Positions 17,247 to 29,794 are shown, counted from the first letter of the stretch. The stretch is 56,435 nucleotides of DNA from an uncultured bacterium (GCA_964400105.1 CAYNTG010000004.1:1-56435), one strand, 5' to 3'. Program-made: numbers and translations. Notes: generated by a model not told the origin, from the letters alone.

Positions 17247-18575
17247 ATGCCTCGCAAAAAAAGGCTATTCGTGATCGACACGAACGTCGTTCTACACGAT
17301 CATACAGCAATTTACAACTTTGAGGAGCACGATGTTGTAATTCCCATCGTGGTGCTCGAAGAACTCGATCATTTTAAAAAGGGCAACTCTCTCTTAAATT
17401 TCGAGGCGCGCGAATTCATTCGGAAGCTGGACGAGATCGCGGGCGACAAGCTTTTCACAAAGGGAATTTCCCTCGGAAAGGGTCGCGGCAAGCTATTCGT
17501 CGAGATGAGCAATCCAAATTCCGGCTTGGTCAGCAAAATATTCACCGAAAACAAACCGGATAATCGAATTTTAGCGCTTGCTGCGGAGCTTCAAACGACC
17601 CGCAAAGACCGCGACGTCATCCTCATATCGAAGGATATCAACCTTCGGATGAAGGCGAAGAGCATCGGTATTCAGGCCGAGGACTACGAAACGGGCAAGA
17701 TCGACAATATCGATCAGCTTTACACTGGCAGCGAAATCTTGACCGGCTTCGACAAAGCGATTATCTCGAGATTTTATGAACCGCCTTTCAGCGTGCCGGT
17801 CGATGAGCTTGGTTTGACAAAGGACCCCGTTCCAAATCAATATTTTATCCTGAAAAACGGATCGGCCAGCGTTCTTGCATATTACAACCATTCCGAGGGG
17901 GTCTGCGAACGCATCGATCGAAAAAGCGCCTATGGCATCGAACCGCGCAACGCCGAGCAAACCTTCGCGCTCGATGCTTTAACCAGGTCTGATATTAAGC
18001 TCGTAACCCTCACCGGCAGGGCCGGCACCGGCAAAACGCTTCTTGCTCTCGCGGCGGCGCTCCACCAAAGAAAGCGATACAGCCAGATATTCCTTGCGAG
18101 ACCGGTTGTGCCTTTGGGAAACCGCGATTTGGGCTTTCTTCCGGGCGATGTCGAGGATAAGCTCGCGCCGTATATGCAGCCACTCTACGATAATCTCGCG
18201 GTGATAAGACACCAATTCGAGCCGGAAAGCCTGGATAATCGGCGCATCGACCGGATGATCGATTCGGATAAGCTTACGATCTCCCCGTTGGCATATATTC
18301 GCGGACGCAGCCTCGATAAGATATTCTTCATCGTCGATGAGGCCCAAAACCTCACGCCGCACGAGGTGAAAACGATCATTACGCGCGTCGGAGAGGGAGC
18401 AAAAATCGTATTCAACGGAGACATTTACCAAATAGATACCCCTTATCTCGATACAAGGTCGAACGGATTGACATATCTCGTCGATAGGATGAAAGGCCAG
18501 GAGATATTCGGCCACGTCAATCTCGTTAAAGGCGAACGGAGCAAACTGGCGGATTTGGCAAGTAATTTGCTCTAA
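17247..18575 (+). CDS. phoH2: PhoH2/YlaK-type PIN-domain + PhoH-like ATPase
   Basis: The ORF track starts at 17187, just downstream of the predicted -10 box (17181-17186). ATG 17247 gives MPRKKRLFVIDTNVVLHD (PIN N-terminus). Walker A GRAGTGKT, Walker B FFIVDEAQN, PhoH-like C-terminus. Confidence 0.85.
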   Translation: MPRKKRLFVIDTNVVLHDHTAIYNFEEHDVVIPIVVLEELDHFKKGNSLLNFEAREFIRKLDEIAGDKLFTKGISLGKGRGKLFVEMSNPNSGLVSKIFTENKPDNRILALAAELQTTRKDRDVILISKDINLRMKAKSIGIQAEDYETGKIDNIDQLYTGSEILTGFDKAIISRFYEPPFSVPVDELGLTKDPVPNQYFILKNGSASVLAYYNHSEGVCERIDRKSAYGIEPRNAEQTFALDALTRSDIKLVTLTGRAGTGKTLLALAAALHQRKRYSQIFLARPVVPLGNRDLGFLPGDVEDKLAPYMQPLYDNLAVIRHQFEPESLDNRRIDRMIDSDKLTISPLAYIRGRSLDKIFFIVDEAQNLTPHEVKTIITRVGEGAKIVFNGDIYQIDTPYLDTRSNGLTYLVDRMKGQEIFGHVNLVKGERSKLADLASNLL

Positions 18576-18615
18576 AAACACCGGGCATATTGCCCTCCCC
18601 CCCCTGACAAAAACG

Positions 18616-18645
18616 AAGCCTAATTTGTTTATTAGGCTTTCATTA
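18616..18645 (+). terminator. candidate terminator
   Basis: AAGCCTAAT-ttgttt-ATTAGGCTT, a perfect 9-bp stem, followed by a weak T tract (TTCATT). Confidence 0.45.
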
Positions 18646-18785
18646 CCGAAACATTTTAGCGAAAGACGCATGTGTCTTTTGCTATAAAATATTAGTTATA
18701 TTGGGTTTAAAAAACTTGCAACAGGGTGAAGTTAGATTAAAATATTTAACGCAAAGAACATGAAAACGCTTAACGAACTATAATA

Positions 18786-19268
18786 ATGTCTGTATCGATA
18801 GATAAAGAAGGCGCACTGATATTCCTGCGCTTCGTTGAGAAGCTGATTTTGCTCGTGTCAAAATACGGTGGCGCGGGAAAAACCGTGAATATCATCCGTA
18901 AAAATAACTACTATGCTCATATCCTTAAAAACCCACCGGAGAACCCGATAGCCGGGATTACAACCTATGCAGGAATGATAGAGAAAATCCAACTTCCAAA
19001 GGAACCAACAATCGCAATTATGCTCTCCGGAAAAGGCCCGACGATCGATTCCGATTTTTATAAACAACCGGTCGAGGTTTATTATATTATCGAGGATAAT
19101 GTTAAGGAAGTCTCACAGGACGCCAAGATTGTTATCGAAAACGGAGGCTTTCGATATACCCGGCCGAGGGTCGGAGACCCGATAATCGATCTCTCCGTCA
19201 AAGGGATCGATAAGCTCGCGCAGCTTATATACCTCGATCTCAAGAGGATGATCGAGCGCGGATACTGA
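18786..19268 (+). CDS. hypothetical protein (AT-rich orphan)
   Basis: 160-aa ORF with no recognisable motif, signal peptide or TM segment. It is AT-richer than surrounding genes. A possible TTGCAA-16-TAAAAT promoter lies about 60 nt upstream. Confidence 0.45.
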   Translation: MSVSIDKEGALIFLRFVEKLILLVSKYGGAGKTVNIIRKNNYYAHILKNPPENPIAGITTYAGMIEKIQLPKEPTIAIMLSGKGPTIDSDFYKQPVEVYYIIEDNVKEVSQDAKIVIENGGFRYTRPRVGDPIIDLSVKGIDKLAQLIYLDLKRMIERGY

Positions 19269-19281
19269 TTCAATTAAAATA

Positions 19282-20049
19282 TTAAGCGGAACATGAGGCC
19301 ACGAAGGCCGCAAATATTCTCGCGCTTTCCTCGTCATCCAATGCCTCTGGATGCCACTGAATCGACAGGAGCCATCGCGCATGACAGGAATGTTCCATCG
19401 CCTCGATAACGCCGTCCCCGGCGCGTGCCGACACCTCGAATCCATCCGCCAAAACATCGATTCCCTGATGATGACTCGAATTTACCATGTGATCGCCCGC
19501 TCCGATAACATCCGCAAGCAACGTCCCCGGCACGACATCGATGGAATGATATGTTCGCTTCTTTTCCGGCGTGCGATGGCCCTCCGGAATCGTATCGATG
19601 CCGCATATCGCGAAATCCTGAAAAAGCGTGCCTCCATAATAAGCATTGAGCACCTGATGGCCGCGACAAATCGCGAGAATCGGTCCGTGCGGGCGGATCA
19701 TATCCCAACGCCGAAGAAGCTCTAACTCGAACTCGTCACGTCGCCGCCGAATAATGCAATCCGAGCCGGCAATCTCCTCCTGGCCGAAAAGATCGGGCGC
19801 GAGGTCGCTGCCGCCGGAGAGCAATAATCCATCGATCTGCCGCACTATGGTGTCCAAAAGCGGCCAATGCTCCTTTTCTAAATTCGGGATTATCAACGGA
19901 ATCGCACCGTTTTTCGCTATCGGCTCGTAATATTCGCATTTGAGGTAATCGAAACATGCGTCCGGAAAGGCCGGACGCCCGATCTTTGTGGGTGCCCAGC
20001 TCGCGCCGATGCCGATTATCGGGGGACGTTTCACCTCAAAACCACGCAA
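19282..20049 (-). CDS. class-I glutamine amidotransferase-like, peptidase C26 / gamma-glutamyl-GABA hydrolase family
   Basis: 255 aa. GGSDLAPDLFGQE, nucleophile elbow ILAICRGHQVLN, NSSHHQGID and WHPE are typical of the C26/PuuD-like family. Confidence 0.8.
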   Translation of the reverse strand: MRGFEVKRPPIIGIGASWAPTKIGRPAFPDACFDYLKCEYYEPIAKNGAIPLIIPNLEKEHWPLLDTIVRQIDGLLLSGGSDLAPDLFGQEEIAGSDCIIRRRRDEFELELLRRWDMIRPHGPILAICRGHQVLNAYYGGTLFQDFAICGIDTIPEGHRTPEKKRTYHSIDVVPGTLLADVIGAGDHMVNSSHHQGIDVLADGFEVSARAGDGVIEAMEHSCHARWLLSIQWHPEALDDEESARIFAAFVASCSA

Positions 20050-21397
20050 GCTGAATCGACTGGCCGACCGAGGCCGTCAGCGTCGATGCGGTGGAACCTC
20101 CCACCGCGAGATATTCGAGCGAATAAACCGAGCCGCAATGTTTGGCGAAAACAATATCGCCGCCCTCCGAAACGGCCAACGCTTCGACCGTAGCCGCCTC
20201 CGATGTAAGATCGACGAGTTGGGTTATCGCACCGGAAAGGTCGCTCTTCAATATCTTATCCCCCAATGGATTTTTCGATACGAAATAGACGATGTCGTCC
20301 CCATCGACCGCGATAAACTGGAGATTATCGGCCATAAAAAGCAGCGTCGGATAAGCGCCGGTCTCCGCACTCCAATAATAAACCCGATTGCCGGAAACGA
20401 TGCACGCAACTGCATCTTCGGAATGAAGCCAATCGAAAGAGCTTACATCGTTGTAAATCGTCGAGGGCGTGATATTGTCGCCGTCCCCGACATCGCGGAT
20501 GTATAATTTTGGATTATACGATCCGCTTCCGCTTCGATACGCAACATATTCACCGCTTTGCGAAAACTCAAGTTCGCGACCGCCCTGCGAACTCGAAGCG
20601 AGAACCCTCTCTTCGCCTGTCTGGAGGTTTTTCAGAATGACATCCTCGCCTCGTCCGAAACCGAGGGTGTGTCCGTCCGGCGAAAGGGCTGGATACTTCT
20701 CCTCCGCCGGATCATCCGTGAGCTGCACCTCGATACCGAGCGATGGATTGACGGCGTAAATGTCCCCCGTCGAATATGGATCGTAAAGTATCCACGAGCG
20801 TTTCGGGGTGAATGCCACATGATATGGCGAGCCGCCTGTTAGCGGCGTGTAGCTCGCGCCCGGCGAATCGAAATATAGCGCCTCGATACTCGTTCCGCCC
20901 GGTCGCGATCTCGAAACGAATCCATCGAGCGGCGCAAGCGTATCGATATCGAAACTGAATGTATCCCCAAGCTCGATATAGAAAACCGCGCTTGCATGAA
21001 GCCAATTCCCGCCGAAATCCGCAGCATCCACCTCGACGGTCAACGTCCCGCCATAATCGAACTGCGTCGGCGAGATATATCGAAGGTCGAGGCCGTTGAA
21101 CGAGTTATCGATAAGCGACGGTGCAACCGTCGATCCGTTAATCCTCATCGCAACCGAGTCCGGATCGACCCCCGTCGCAAATTCGCCCGTATCGGCGATG
21201 CTCACCCACAACGTCTCCGATTGTGAAACCCCCACCGCGCCGTCTTCCGGCGTCCATTCGCGGACGAAAGGCGAGACGGTGTCGGTGGAATCGGACGGAT
21301 CGCCGTTATTCGGCTCCGTGCCGTTGTCGCAACCCACAAAAAATACCGCTCCCGCGAAGATCGTCGAGATTATTACAAAAACAATTATCCTTCTCAT
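20036..21397 (-). CDS. lipoprotein with Ig-like domain and TolB-like (PD40) beta-propeller repeats
   Basis: 453 aa with lipobox FFVGC. Ig-like segment W-TPEDGAVGV...GVDPDSVAMRINGSTV. PD40-like YPALSPDGHTLGF and EFSQSGEYVAYRS. It overlaps the downstream C26 gene by 14 nt. Confidence 0.7.
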   Translation of the reverse strand: MRRIIVFVIISTIFAGAVFFVGCDNGTEPNNGDPSDSTDTVSPFVREWTPEDGAVGVSQSETLWVSIADTGEFATGVDPDSVAMRINGSTVAPSLIDNSFNGLDLRYISPTQFDYGGTLTVEVDAADFGGNWLHASAVFYIELGDTFSFDIDTLAPLDGFVSRSRPGGTSIEALYFDSPGASYTPLTGGSPYHVAFTPKRSWILYDPYSTGDIYAVNPSLGIEVQLTDDPAEEKYPALSPDGHTLGFGRGEDVILKNLQTGEERVLASSSQGGRELEFSQSGEYVAYRSGSGSYNPKLYIRDVGDGDNITPSTIYNDVSSFDWLHSEDAVACIVSGNRVYYWSAETGAYPTLLFMADNLQFIAVDGDDIVYFVSKNPLGDKILKSDLSGAITQLVDLTSEAATVEALAVSEGGDIVFAKHCGSVYSLEYLAVGGSTASTLTASVGQSIQLAWF

Positions 21398-21475
21398 ATT
21401 ATCTCCTTGTAACCAAGCCGCAGGGGCGTGCGGTCACGCGCTCCTGCGGAAATATTGACCGCCGAATAAACATGC

Positions 21476-24217
21476 TCATTTCAAATACACGACTCGTTTC
21501 GTAACCTCTGCGCCTCCCCGGTCGGTGAACCTTGCCGTAGGCCCGTCTGGGTCTAACCGCGCACGAACGAGATAGACGCCAGAGCCGAGAGAGGCGTCGG
21601 GCTGCCAGATGATCTGCGTCGGCACGACCTGCGGTAACCCGCAGTTTATAACGGGCAGGTCGGCCACGATCCGTCCGGCGATGTCGAAAATCTGCACGCC
21701 GAACTGCCCGGAGCCCGGAAGGGCGCCGACGCCGGCGACGGAAATCCTCAGCGCGGAATTGAATGGGTTGGGATAGGTCGAGATACTGTTTTCAAGCGGC
21801 AATTTCCGCTCGGAAATAGCCATCTGTTCGACACGAACTTGCCAGCAGAAGGTTGTATCGTTTGGCGAATACCAATCCGGGTTGTCGGATAGTTCCGCAC
21901 AGACGATAATATCGACATCGTCGTCGAGATGCATTCCGAAGGCTCCGCTCTGAAGAACGACCGTATCGCCGCGAGCGGTAAAACCGCTGCCCGGTGATTC
22001 GAGAAGCGACATCGAAAGATCGTAGAACGCGAAATCGATGTGCGCCGGATCGACAACGACACCGGCTGGCGCGTCGCTCGCGACGATCCAAACATCGTCC
22101 GTGCCGACATGAAGCGTGCCGTCATCCGCCGGATAATGATCGCCGGGCAAAGGCGGTTCGAGATCCACGACGAAGCTGAAAACGAGCGGCGATTCGATGT
22201 CCGTGCCAATATCGTCCTCTGCGTGGAGGAGGTTCACGATGACCGTTTGGTCGTGTATATAGCTTGCCACCGGATCGACCGTCAGGATCGAATCGTCGAA
22301 GTCGAGCGCGGCGCTCGGCCACGAAAAAACGACACCGCCGACCGAAATCTCGATGCTCGTTTCGTCCACCCCATCCTCGTCGGCGATGCGAACCCGAACC
22401 TCCGGGTTCGCGCTCGCGACGACATCGCCATCGCGGGGCTGGATGGCCGATGCGTTCGGGCCGCCACCGGGATTAACATAAAAATCCCAGTTCTTCGTCG
22501 AGATATTCGGTTCGCAGACATCGGGCGAATCGCCAACTGTTATAACGACCGTATGTGTGCCTATCGGCGCGGCGGGAATGTCCGGAGTGAGTCGAATCGT
22601 GAAGCCGTCCCAGCTTAAATGCGCGTCGGGATAATCGAACGTATCGCCATCGAAAACGAAGACGAGCGTCGAGATATCGATACCGGTGATCGAATCGGCC
22701 AAATTCGCTGAAATTATCGAGGGGAAGCTGTCGAGAACCTGGCCCTCGCGGGGAATCTCGTTGTCGATAATCGGGGCCGCCAAATCGGCGGTGAAACTCC
22801 ACTCGACCGGCGAATCGATATGGTTGCCGAGACTGTCGGCAATATCGACGAGACCGAGCGAGATGCCCACTCCGCTTAGCCAATCGGAGGTAGGCGTATA
22901 GCGCAACGTGTCGCCGACGAAAACTATCGAAGACGAATATGCGGTAAGCGTATCCGTTCCGTTGTAAAAGATCGTCGAGTATTGATCGACGCCGTCCGGA
23001 TCGACGACGAGAAGCTCGACAGGGTAGCGATTGCAAGCCGTAACCATGAACGGCGACGGCTGAAGAACCATCACCTCCGGGGCGTTCAACACGGTCATCG
23101 CTTCGATACGCGTGGCATAGATATCCGTGGTCGCTCCGCGAGAATCTTCCCAGATCAAGAGATGATGATCGCCGTTACAAACCGATCGAATTTTCTGCTG
23201 CGTGCCGGAAGATATGCATATCGGAATTTCCGCGCCTATCAATGTGCCGCCTACGCTAATCCTTTGGCCGTAAATATCAGAAAGCAGGCCGCGACTGTCC
23301 TGCCATCCAACGAGATAGCCGACCCCATCGAACGAGACGCACGGTTTGACCTGATTACCATCGTAATACGATATGGGAAATGGTATTCCAGCTGGAATAC
23401 CGTCTTCGTCCAGCATGATTCCATAGATGTCCCGGCCGGAGGTCCCGCCATCGCGCTCGAAAACGACCAGAAATCCATCGCCGTGAGCGATAGCCGGGGC
23501 GGATTCCTCGTTCGTAACGGCGGCTATCGGGTATAGCCATGTCGTGTCGGAGCCGGCCATTCCATATGTAACTTTCTGCGCATAAATCCCCTGACCGGAA
23601 CCCGCAGAGTCCTCATAGACGACAACCCATAAACTATCCGCACGTGCCGCAGCAGGGGCTTTCTCGTTACCTTCCGCATCGCCGAGCTGCACCGGAATAG
23701 TCGATGTCATATCATCTTTCGTGATGCTAAAATAGACATCGCTGATTCCGAAAAGCCTTTCTTCCCACAACACCAAAAATCCGTTATTCGAGCCGGAAAC
23801 CCTCACGCTCTGGACACTTCCGTCCATTGTAGCTATCGGGAAATTTCCAAGATAAAGCGTGCCGTCCGGTTGAACAAGGTTGCCGTAAATCTGATATCCC
23901 GATCGGCGATCGGACCAAGCACCGAGGTAATACGACGATCCGAACGATACGTCGGGAATCTTCTGGAATCCGGTGAATGCGCATACCGGCGACTCGAATC
24001 CCGGCAGCGTGCCGCCCGCATCGATAATCCGCCCATAGATGTTTGGGTTGCCCGTTCCCGCACGGGCGTCCTCCCATATCGCGAAGAAGTCGGTGCCGTC
24101 CGTGCCGATCCCCGGCGCAAATTGCTGCCCCGCCGCAGTCGAGATAGTTATCTCTTGACAAAAAACTGGTAATGTTATAGATAAAAACAGCAACACTAAA
24201 CCATGTTTCCCAATCAT
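21476..24217 (-). CDS. large secreted T9SS cargo protein (7 tandem ~50-aa repeats, several Ig-like domains, type-A CTD)
   Basis: 913 aa with signal peptide MIGKHGLVLLFLSITLPVFCQ. Seven W-x-D-x-R...DIYG units. Ig-like P.DG..V...I.I.D..GVD..SI segments. CTD STYPNPFNSALRISV...IFDIAGRIV...GVYLVRARL...VVYLK. Confidence 0.8.
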   Translation of the reverse strand: MIGKHGLVLLFLSITLPVFCQEITISTAAGQQFAPGIGTDGTDFFAIWEDARAGTGNPNIYGRIIDAGGTLPGFESPVCAFTGFQKIPDVSFGSSYYLGAWSDRRSGYQIYGNLVQPDGTLYLGNFPIATMDGSVQSVRVSGSNNGFLVLWEERLFGISDVYFSITKDDMTSTIPVQLGDAEGNEKAPAAARADSLWVVVYEDSAGSGQGIYAQKVTYGMAGSDTTWLYPIAAVTNEESAPAIAHGDGFLVVFERDGGTSGRDIYGIMLDEDGIPAGIPFPISYYDGNQVKPCVSFDGVGYLVGWQDSRGLLSDIYGQRISVGGTLIGAEIPICISSGTQQKIRSVCNGDHHLLIWEDSRGATTDIYATRIEAMTVLNAPEVMVLQPSPFMVTACNRYPVELLVVDPDGVDQYSTIFYNGTDTLTAYSSSIVFVGDTLRYTPTSDWLSGVGISLGLVDIADSLGNHIDSPVEWSFTADLAAPIIDNEIPREGQVLDSFPSIISANLADSITGIDISTLVFVFDGDTFDYPDAHLSWDGFTIRLTPDIPAAPIGTHTVVITVGDSPDVCEPNISTKNWDFYVNPGGGPNASAIQPRDGDVVASANPEVRVRIADEDGVDETSIEISVGGVVFSWPSAALDFDDSILTVDPVASYIHDQTVIVNLLHAEDDIGTDIESPLVFSFVVDLEPPLPGDHYPADDGTLHVGTDDVWIVASDAPAGVVVDPAHIDFAFYDLSMSLLESPGSGFTARGDTVVLQSGAFGMHLDDDVDIIVCAELSDNPDWYSPNDTTFCWQVRVEQMAISERKLPLENSISTYPNPFNSALRISVAGVGALPGSGQFGVQIFDIAGRIVADLPVINCGLPQVVPTQIIWQPDASLGSGVYLVRARLDPDGPTARFTDRGGAEVTKRVVYLK

Positions 24218-24356
24218 AGACCGTCCTTTAACACGTTTTTAATATACGATATTCTTAGATTATATATCCGATAAACCGCTAAATCAAGCCCAAATAGCCC
24301 ACGCTTCAGCAGTTTTGGGCTATCTCAATATCTAATTTTTATTTGGATTTACGGAT

Positions 24357-26528
24357 TTATTTACGCACGATGGAGAGGTCAGCGTATCTGAGGAGAAGCT
24401 GTTTGGTGCCGTATTTAGGGAAAGCGACGGTGAGTATGGAATTATCGCCCCACCCTTTGATCGCGCGGACCTGGCCTCTTCCGAAGAATGGGTGTTCGAC
24501 GATCGTTCCCGGCTGGATGGAGCCTTCTTTTGCTTTGGATTTCCTGCCTTTCATGGACTCGAATATCTCTTTTTCGGCAATGGGTGTTCTCTTGCTCGAG
24601 TCGTCGATGAGCGACTTTGGGATTTCATCCACAAAGCGGCTTTGAACACCGGTGAACTCCTCGCCAAAACGGCGCCGAACCATCGCCCAAAGGAGCTTAA
24701 CATTCTTGCGCGCGCGCGTGACGGCGACATAGAAAAGCCGCCTTTCCTCCTCGAGCTCGGAATTCGATTCCATCGACCTGCCGATTGGGAAAAGCCCCTC
24801 CTCGAGACCGCAGATATAGACCACATCGAACTCCAAACCCTTCGCCGAATGGACGGTCATCAAACTTACCGAACCATCGTCCGGCCGATACTCATCGATA
24901 TTTGTAAGAAGCGAGGCCTCCGAAAGATAGGCATTTATCGATGGGTCTTCGGGGTGGGTATTTGCAAACTCGATTCCGGAATTCATAAGCTCGGAGAGGT
25001 TGTCGAGTCGCGCCCTCGCTTCGATACTGCCGTCGTCCTCGAGCATGGCCAGATATCCGCTTTCCCTAATGACCTGAGCGACCATCTCGCCGACATCGCT
25101 TTCCTTCGCCGCCATTCGAAGCCGCTCTATAAGCTCTATGAATTTACCGAATCCCTTGCGCGAAATGGATGGATAATCCGCGAGATCGCCTGTTAGAAGC
25201 GTCCCGTAAAGGCTCGAATCCCGCTTGTGCGCTTGCTCTATAAGACAACCCATCGAACGCATCCCGATACCGCGGCGCGGCATATTAACCACCCTTTTAA
25301 GCGAAATATCGTCTGACGGGTTATTTATCAGGCGGAAATAGGCTATGATATCCTTGATCTCCGCGCGGTCGAAAAATCGGATTCCGCCGATTATCACATG
25401 GGGAATATTCCTTCGCGTGAGCGCCTCTTCGAGAAGGCGCGAGTGCGCGTTGACCCGATACAGAATCGCTATCTCGCTGCCAGAAATCCCCGAATCGATA
25501 TCCTCCTTTATGGATTCCGCGATAACCTTCGCCTCGGAATACTCGTCTGGAAGCCTCCAAATCTCTATCTTATCGCCACGCTCGCCCTTCGTCCAAAGCG
25601 TCTTCTCGTGCCGTTCAGAATTTTGCGAGACGACGGAGCTGGCAGCCTCGAGTATCGTGCCGGTGCTGCGGTAATTCTGCTCCAGCCGAATTATACTCGT
25701 TCCGGGGTAATCCTCCGGGAATTCGAGAATATTGCGAACCTCCGCGCCGCGCCATCCGTATATCGACTGGTCGTCGTCGCCTACAACGGTAATATTTCCA
25801 TGCTCACTCGAAAGATGCCGCACAAGCTCGTATTGCGCACGGTTCGTATCCTGGAACTCATCGACCAAAACATAATTGAACTTTAGAGCATACTTTTTCC
25901 GAACGCTCTCATTCTCTTCGAGAAGCTGAACCGTGAGCATTATCATGTCGTCGAAATCCACGGCATTATTGGATTTTAATGCGTCTTGATAGGAAACCCA
26001 TAGCTTTGCGAGCGTCTTCTCCTTCGGCAAAGTAGCCGTTATCGAAAAGTCGTCGGCGCTTACAAGCCGGTTCTTGTAGCTCGATATGGCCCTAAGGATC
26101 GAGCGAGCGTCATGTTTTTTTGGGTCGAGTCCCGCGTCGGCAATAATATCCTTCATAAGACGGCGCTGGTCCAGACCGTCGTAGATCGAATAGTTCGGCC
26201 CGAGACCGATCTTCTCCGCCTCGAAACGAAGTATTCGACCGCACATCGAATGGAAAGTCCCGAGCCAAATGCCACCGAGCGAACTGCCGCATATCCTTTC
26301 GCAGCGCTCGCGCATTTCGCCCGCAGCCTTATTCGTGAATGTCACACCGAGGATTCCACGTGGATCGATACCCACCTCGAGAACGAGATAGGCTATCTTG
26401 TATGTTAAAAGGCGGGTTTTTCCGCTACCGGCACCAGCAAGAACGAGCACCGGACCCTCCGTTGCGAGAACCCCTTCGAGCTGTTTGTCGTTCAGGTCCT
26501 CAGAAAATCTGGTTCTCCCTGGCTTCAT
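24357..26528 (-). CDS. pcrA: ATP-dependent DNA helicase, UvrD/PcrA family
   Basis: 723 aa. Walker A AGAGSGKT, motif II VDEFQDTN, VMTVHSAKGLEFD, YVAVTRA, and a C-terminal Tudor-like tail (GTIVEHPFFGRGQV). Confidence 0.9.
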   Translation of the reverse strand: MKPGRTRFSEDLNDKQLEGVLATEGPVLVLAGAGSGKTRLLTYKIAYLVLEVGIDPRGILGVTFTNKAAGEMRERCERICGSSLGGIWLGTFHSMCGRILRFEAEKIGLGPNYSIYDGLDQRRLMKDIIADAGLDPKKHDARSILRAISSYKNRLVSADDFSITATLPKEKTLAKLWVSYQDALKSNNAVDFDDMIMLTVQLLEENESVRKKYALKFNYVLVDEFQDTNRAQYELVRHLSSEHGNITVVGDDDQSIYGWRGAEVRNILEFPEDYPGTSIIRLEQNYRSTGTILEAASSVVSQNSERHEKTLWTKGERGDKIEIWRLPDEYSEAKVIAESIKEDIDSGISGSEIAILYRVNAHSRLLEEALTRRNIPHVIIGGIRFFDRAEIKDIIAYFRLINNPSDDISLKRVVNMPRRGIGMRSMGCLIEQAHKRDSSLYGTLLTGDLADYPSISRKGFGKFIELIERLRMAAKESDVGEMVAQVIRESGYLAMLEDDGSIEARARLDNLSELMNSGIEFANTHPEDPSINAYLSEASLLTNIDEYRPDDGSVSLMTVHSAKGLEFDVVYICGLEEGLFPIGRSMESNSELEEERRLFYVAVTRARKNVKLLWAMVRRRFGEEFTGVQSRFVDEIPKSLIDDSSKRTPIAEKEIFESMKGRKSKAKEGSIQPGTIVEHPFFGRGQVRAIKGWGDNSILTVAFPKYGTKQLLLRYADLSIVRK

Positions 26529-26529
26529 A

Positions 26530-27336
26530 TCATCGCCCCGATATATTAATTACCGCGAGAACTCCACCCTCATCGACCGCCTCCCATCGCCCCGAAGACG
26601 ATATTCTTGGATCCGGGAAGTTCTTCCGAACCTCTTCCTCCGTCATATCCGAGGGTTTCTCGATATTATCGCTCACTCCGAACTGCATGACACGATTTAT
26701 CTCGCTATCCCAGGGATCGGGAGTGATAAAAGCGATGCATCCCTCCGAACACCATGCGAACCCTTGCGGATCGACGAGTGAACCCGTGTGAAAAACCATA
26801 CTCATATTGGATATATCGACCATGAAAAGGTCCATCGATCCCTCGGAACTTGGCGTTACATCGGCATCGACGACGATCGCGACATAACCCTCGCCCGGGC
26901 CGACATCGATCTCCTCCGCATTGTTTTTGATAGATGGATGTGTAAAAAAATCCTTCCTCTCGCCGCTCTTCAGGTCGAAACTATATACTCCATCCGATTC
27001 AGCATAAAGGAGCATATTCCCGCCCGGATAAAACTCGATCCGTTCCATATCCGAAGGAAACTCTCGAACGCCGAATGTCGTGTCGATCTCGCCGTTTTGA
27101 GGGTTCACCACGGCTAGCCAAAGCTCGACCGTCAGTCTCGCGTTTCTTCTTATCCCATCGACCACGAAACCCCTCTCAATTTTTTTTGAATATGCCACGA
27201 GTGTATCCCCGTTCCACGCGGTCGATATTATCCTCGCCTGCTCATAATCGGTAACCTTGCCTCCACCACATCCCGCGAAGATAATCGTAAGTAATATGGA
27301 AAATATAAGATATGATACCAATTTCGTCTTGTGCAA
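26530..27336 (-). CDS. hypothetical lipoprotein
   Basis: 268 aa with lipobox IFAGC after a hydrophobic N-terminus. It is packed between gyrB (18-nt gap) and pcrA (1-nt gap). Confidence 0.6.
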   Translation of the reverse strand: MHKTKLVSYLIFSILLTIIFAGCGGGKVTDYEQARIISTAWNGDTLVAYSKKIERGFVVDGIRRNARLTVELWLAVVNPQNGEIDTTFGVREFPSDMERIEFYPGGNMLLYAESDGVYSFDLKSGERKDFFTHPSIKNNAEEIDVGPGEGYVAIVVDADVTPSSEGSMDLFMVDISNMSMVFHTGSLVDPQGFAWCSEGCIAFITPDPWDSEINRVMQFGVSDNIEKPSDMTEEEVRKNFPDPRISSSGRWEAVDEGGVLAVINISGR

Positions 27337-27354
27337 TTCATCCTCCGAAAGCGG

Positions 27355-29790
<2,436 letters not shown>

Positions 29791-29794
29791 TCAA

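Noticed and set aside
17979-18671. 230-aa minus-strand ORF over the phoH2 3' half
   Set aside because: It is antisense to the PhoH ATPase domain, which has clear Walker motifs, and has no features of its own.
17247-19268. PhoH2 + downstream 160-aa ORF as a toxin-antitoxin pair
   Set aside because: A terminator-like hairpin and a 210-bp spacer with a separate promoter separate them. No antitoxin-like DNA-binding motif is visible. It is kept only as a low-interest note.
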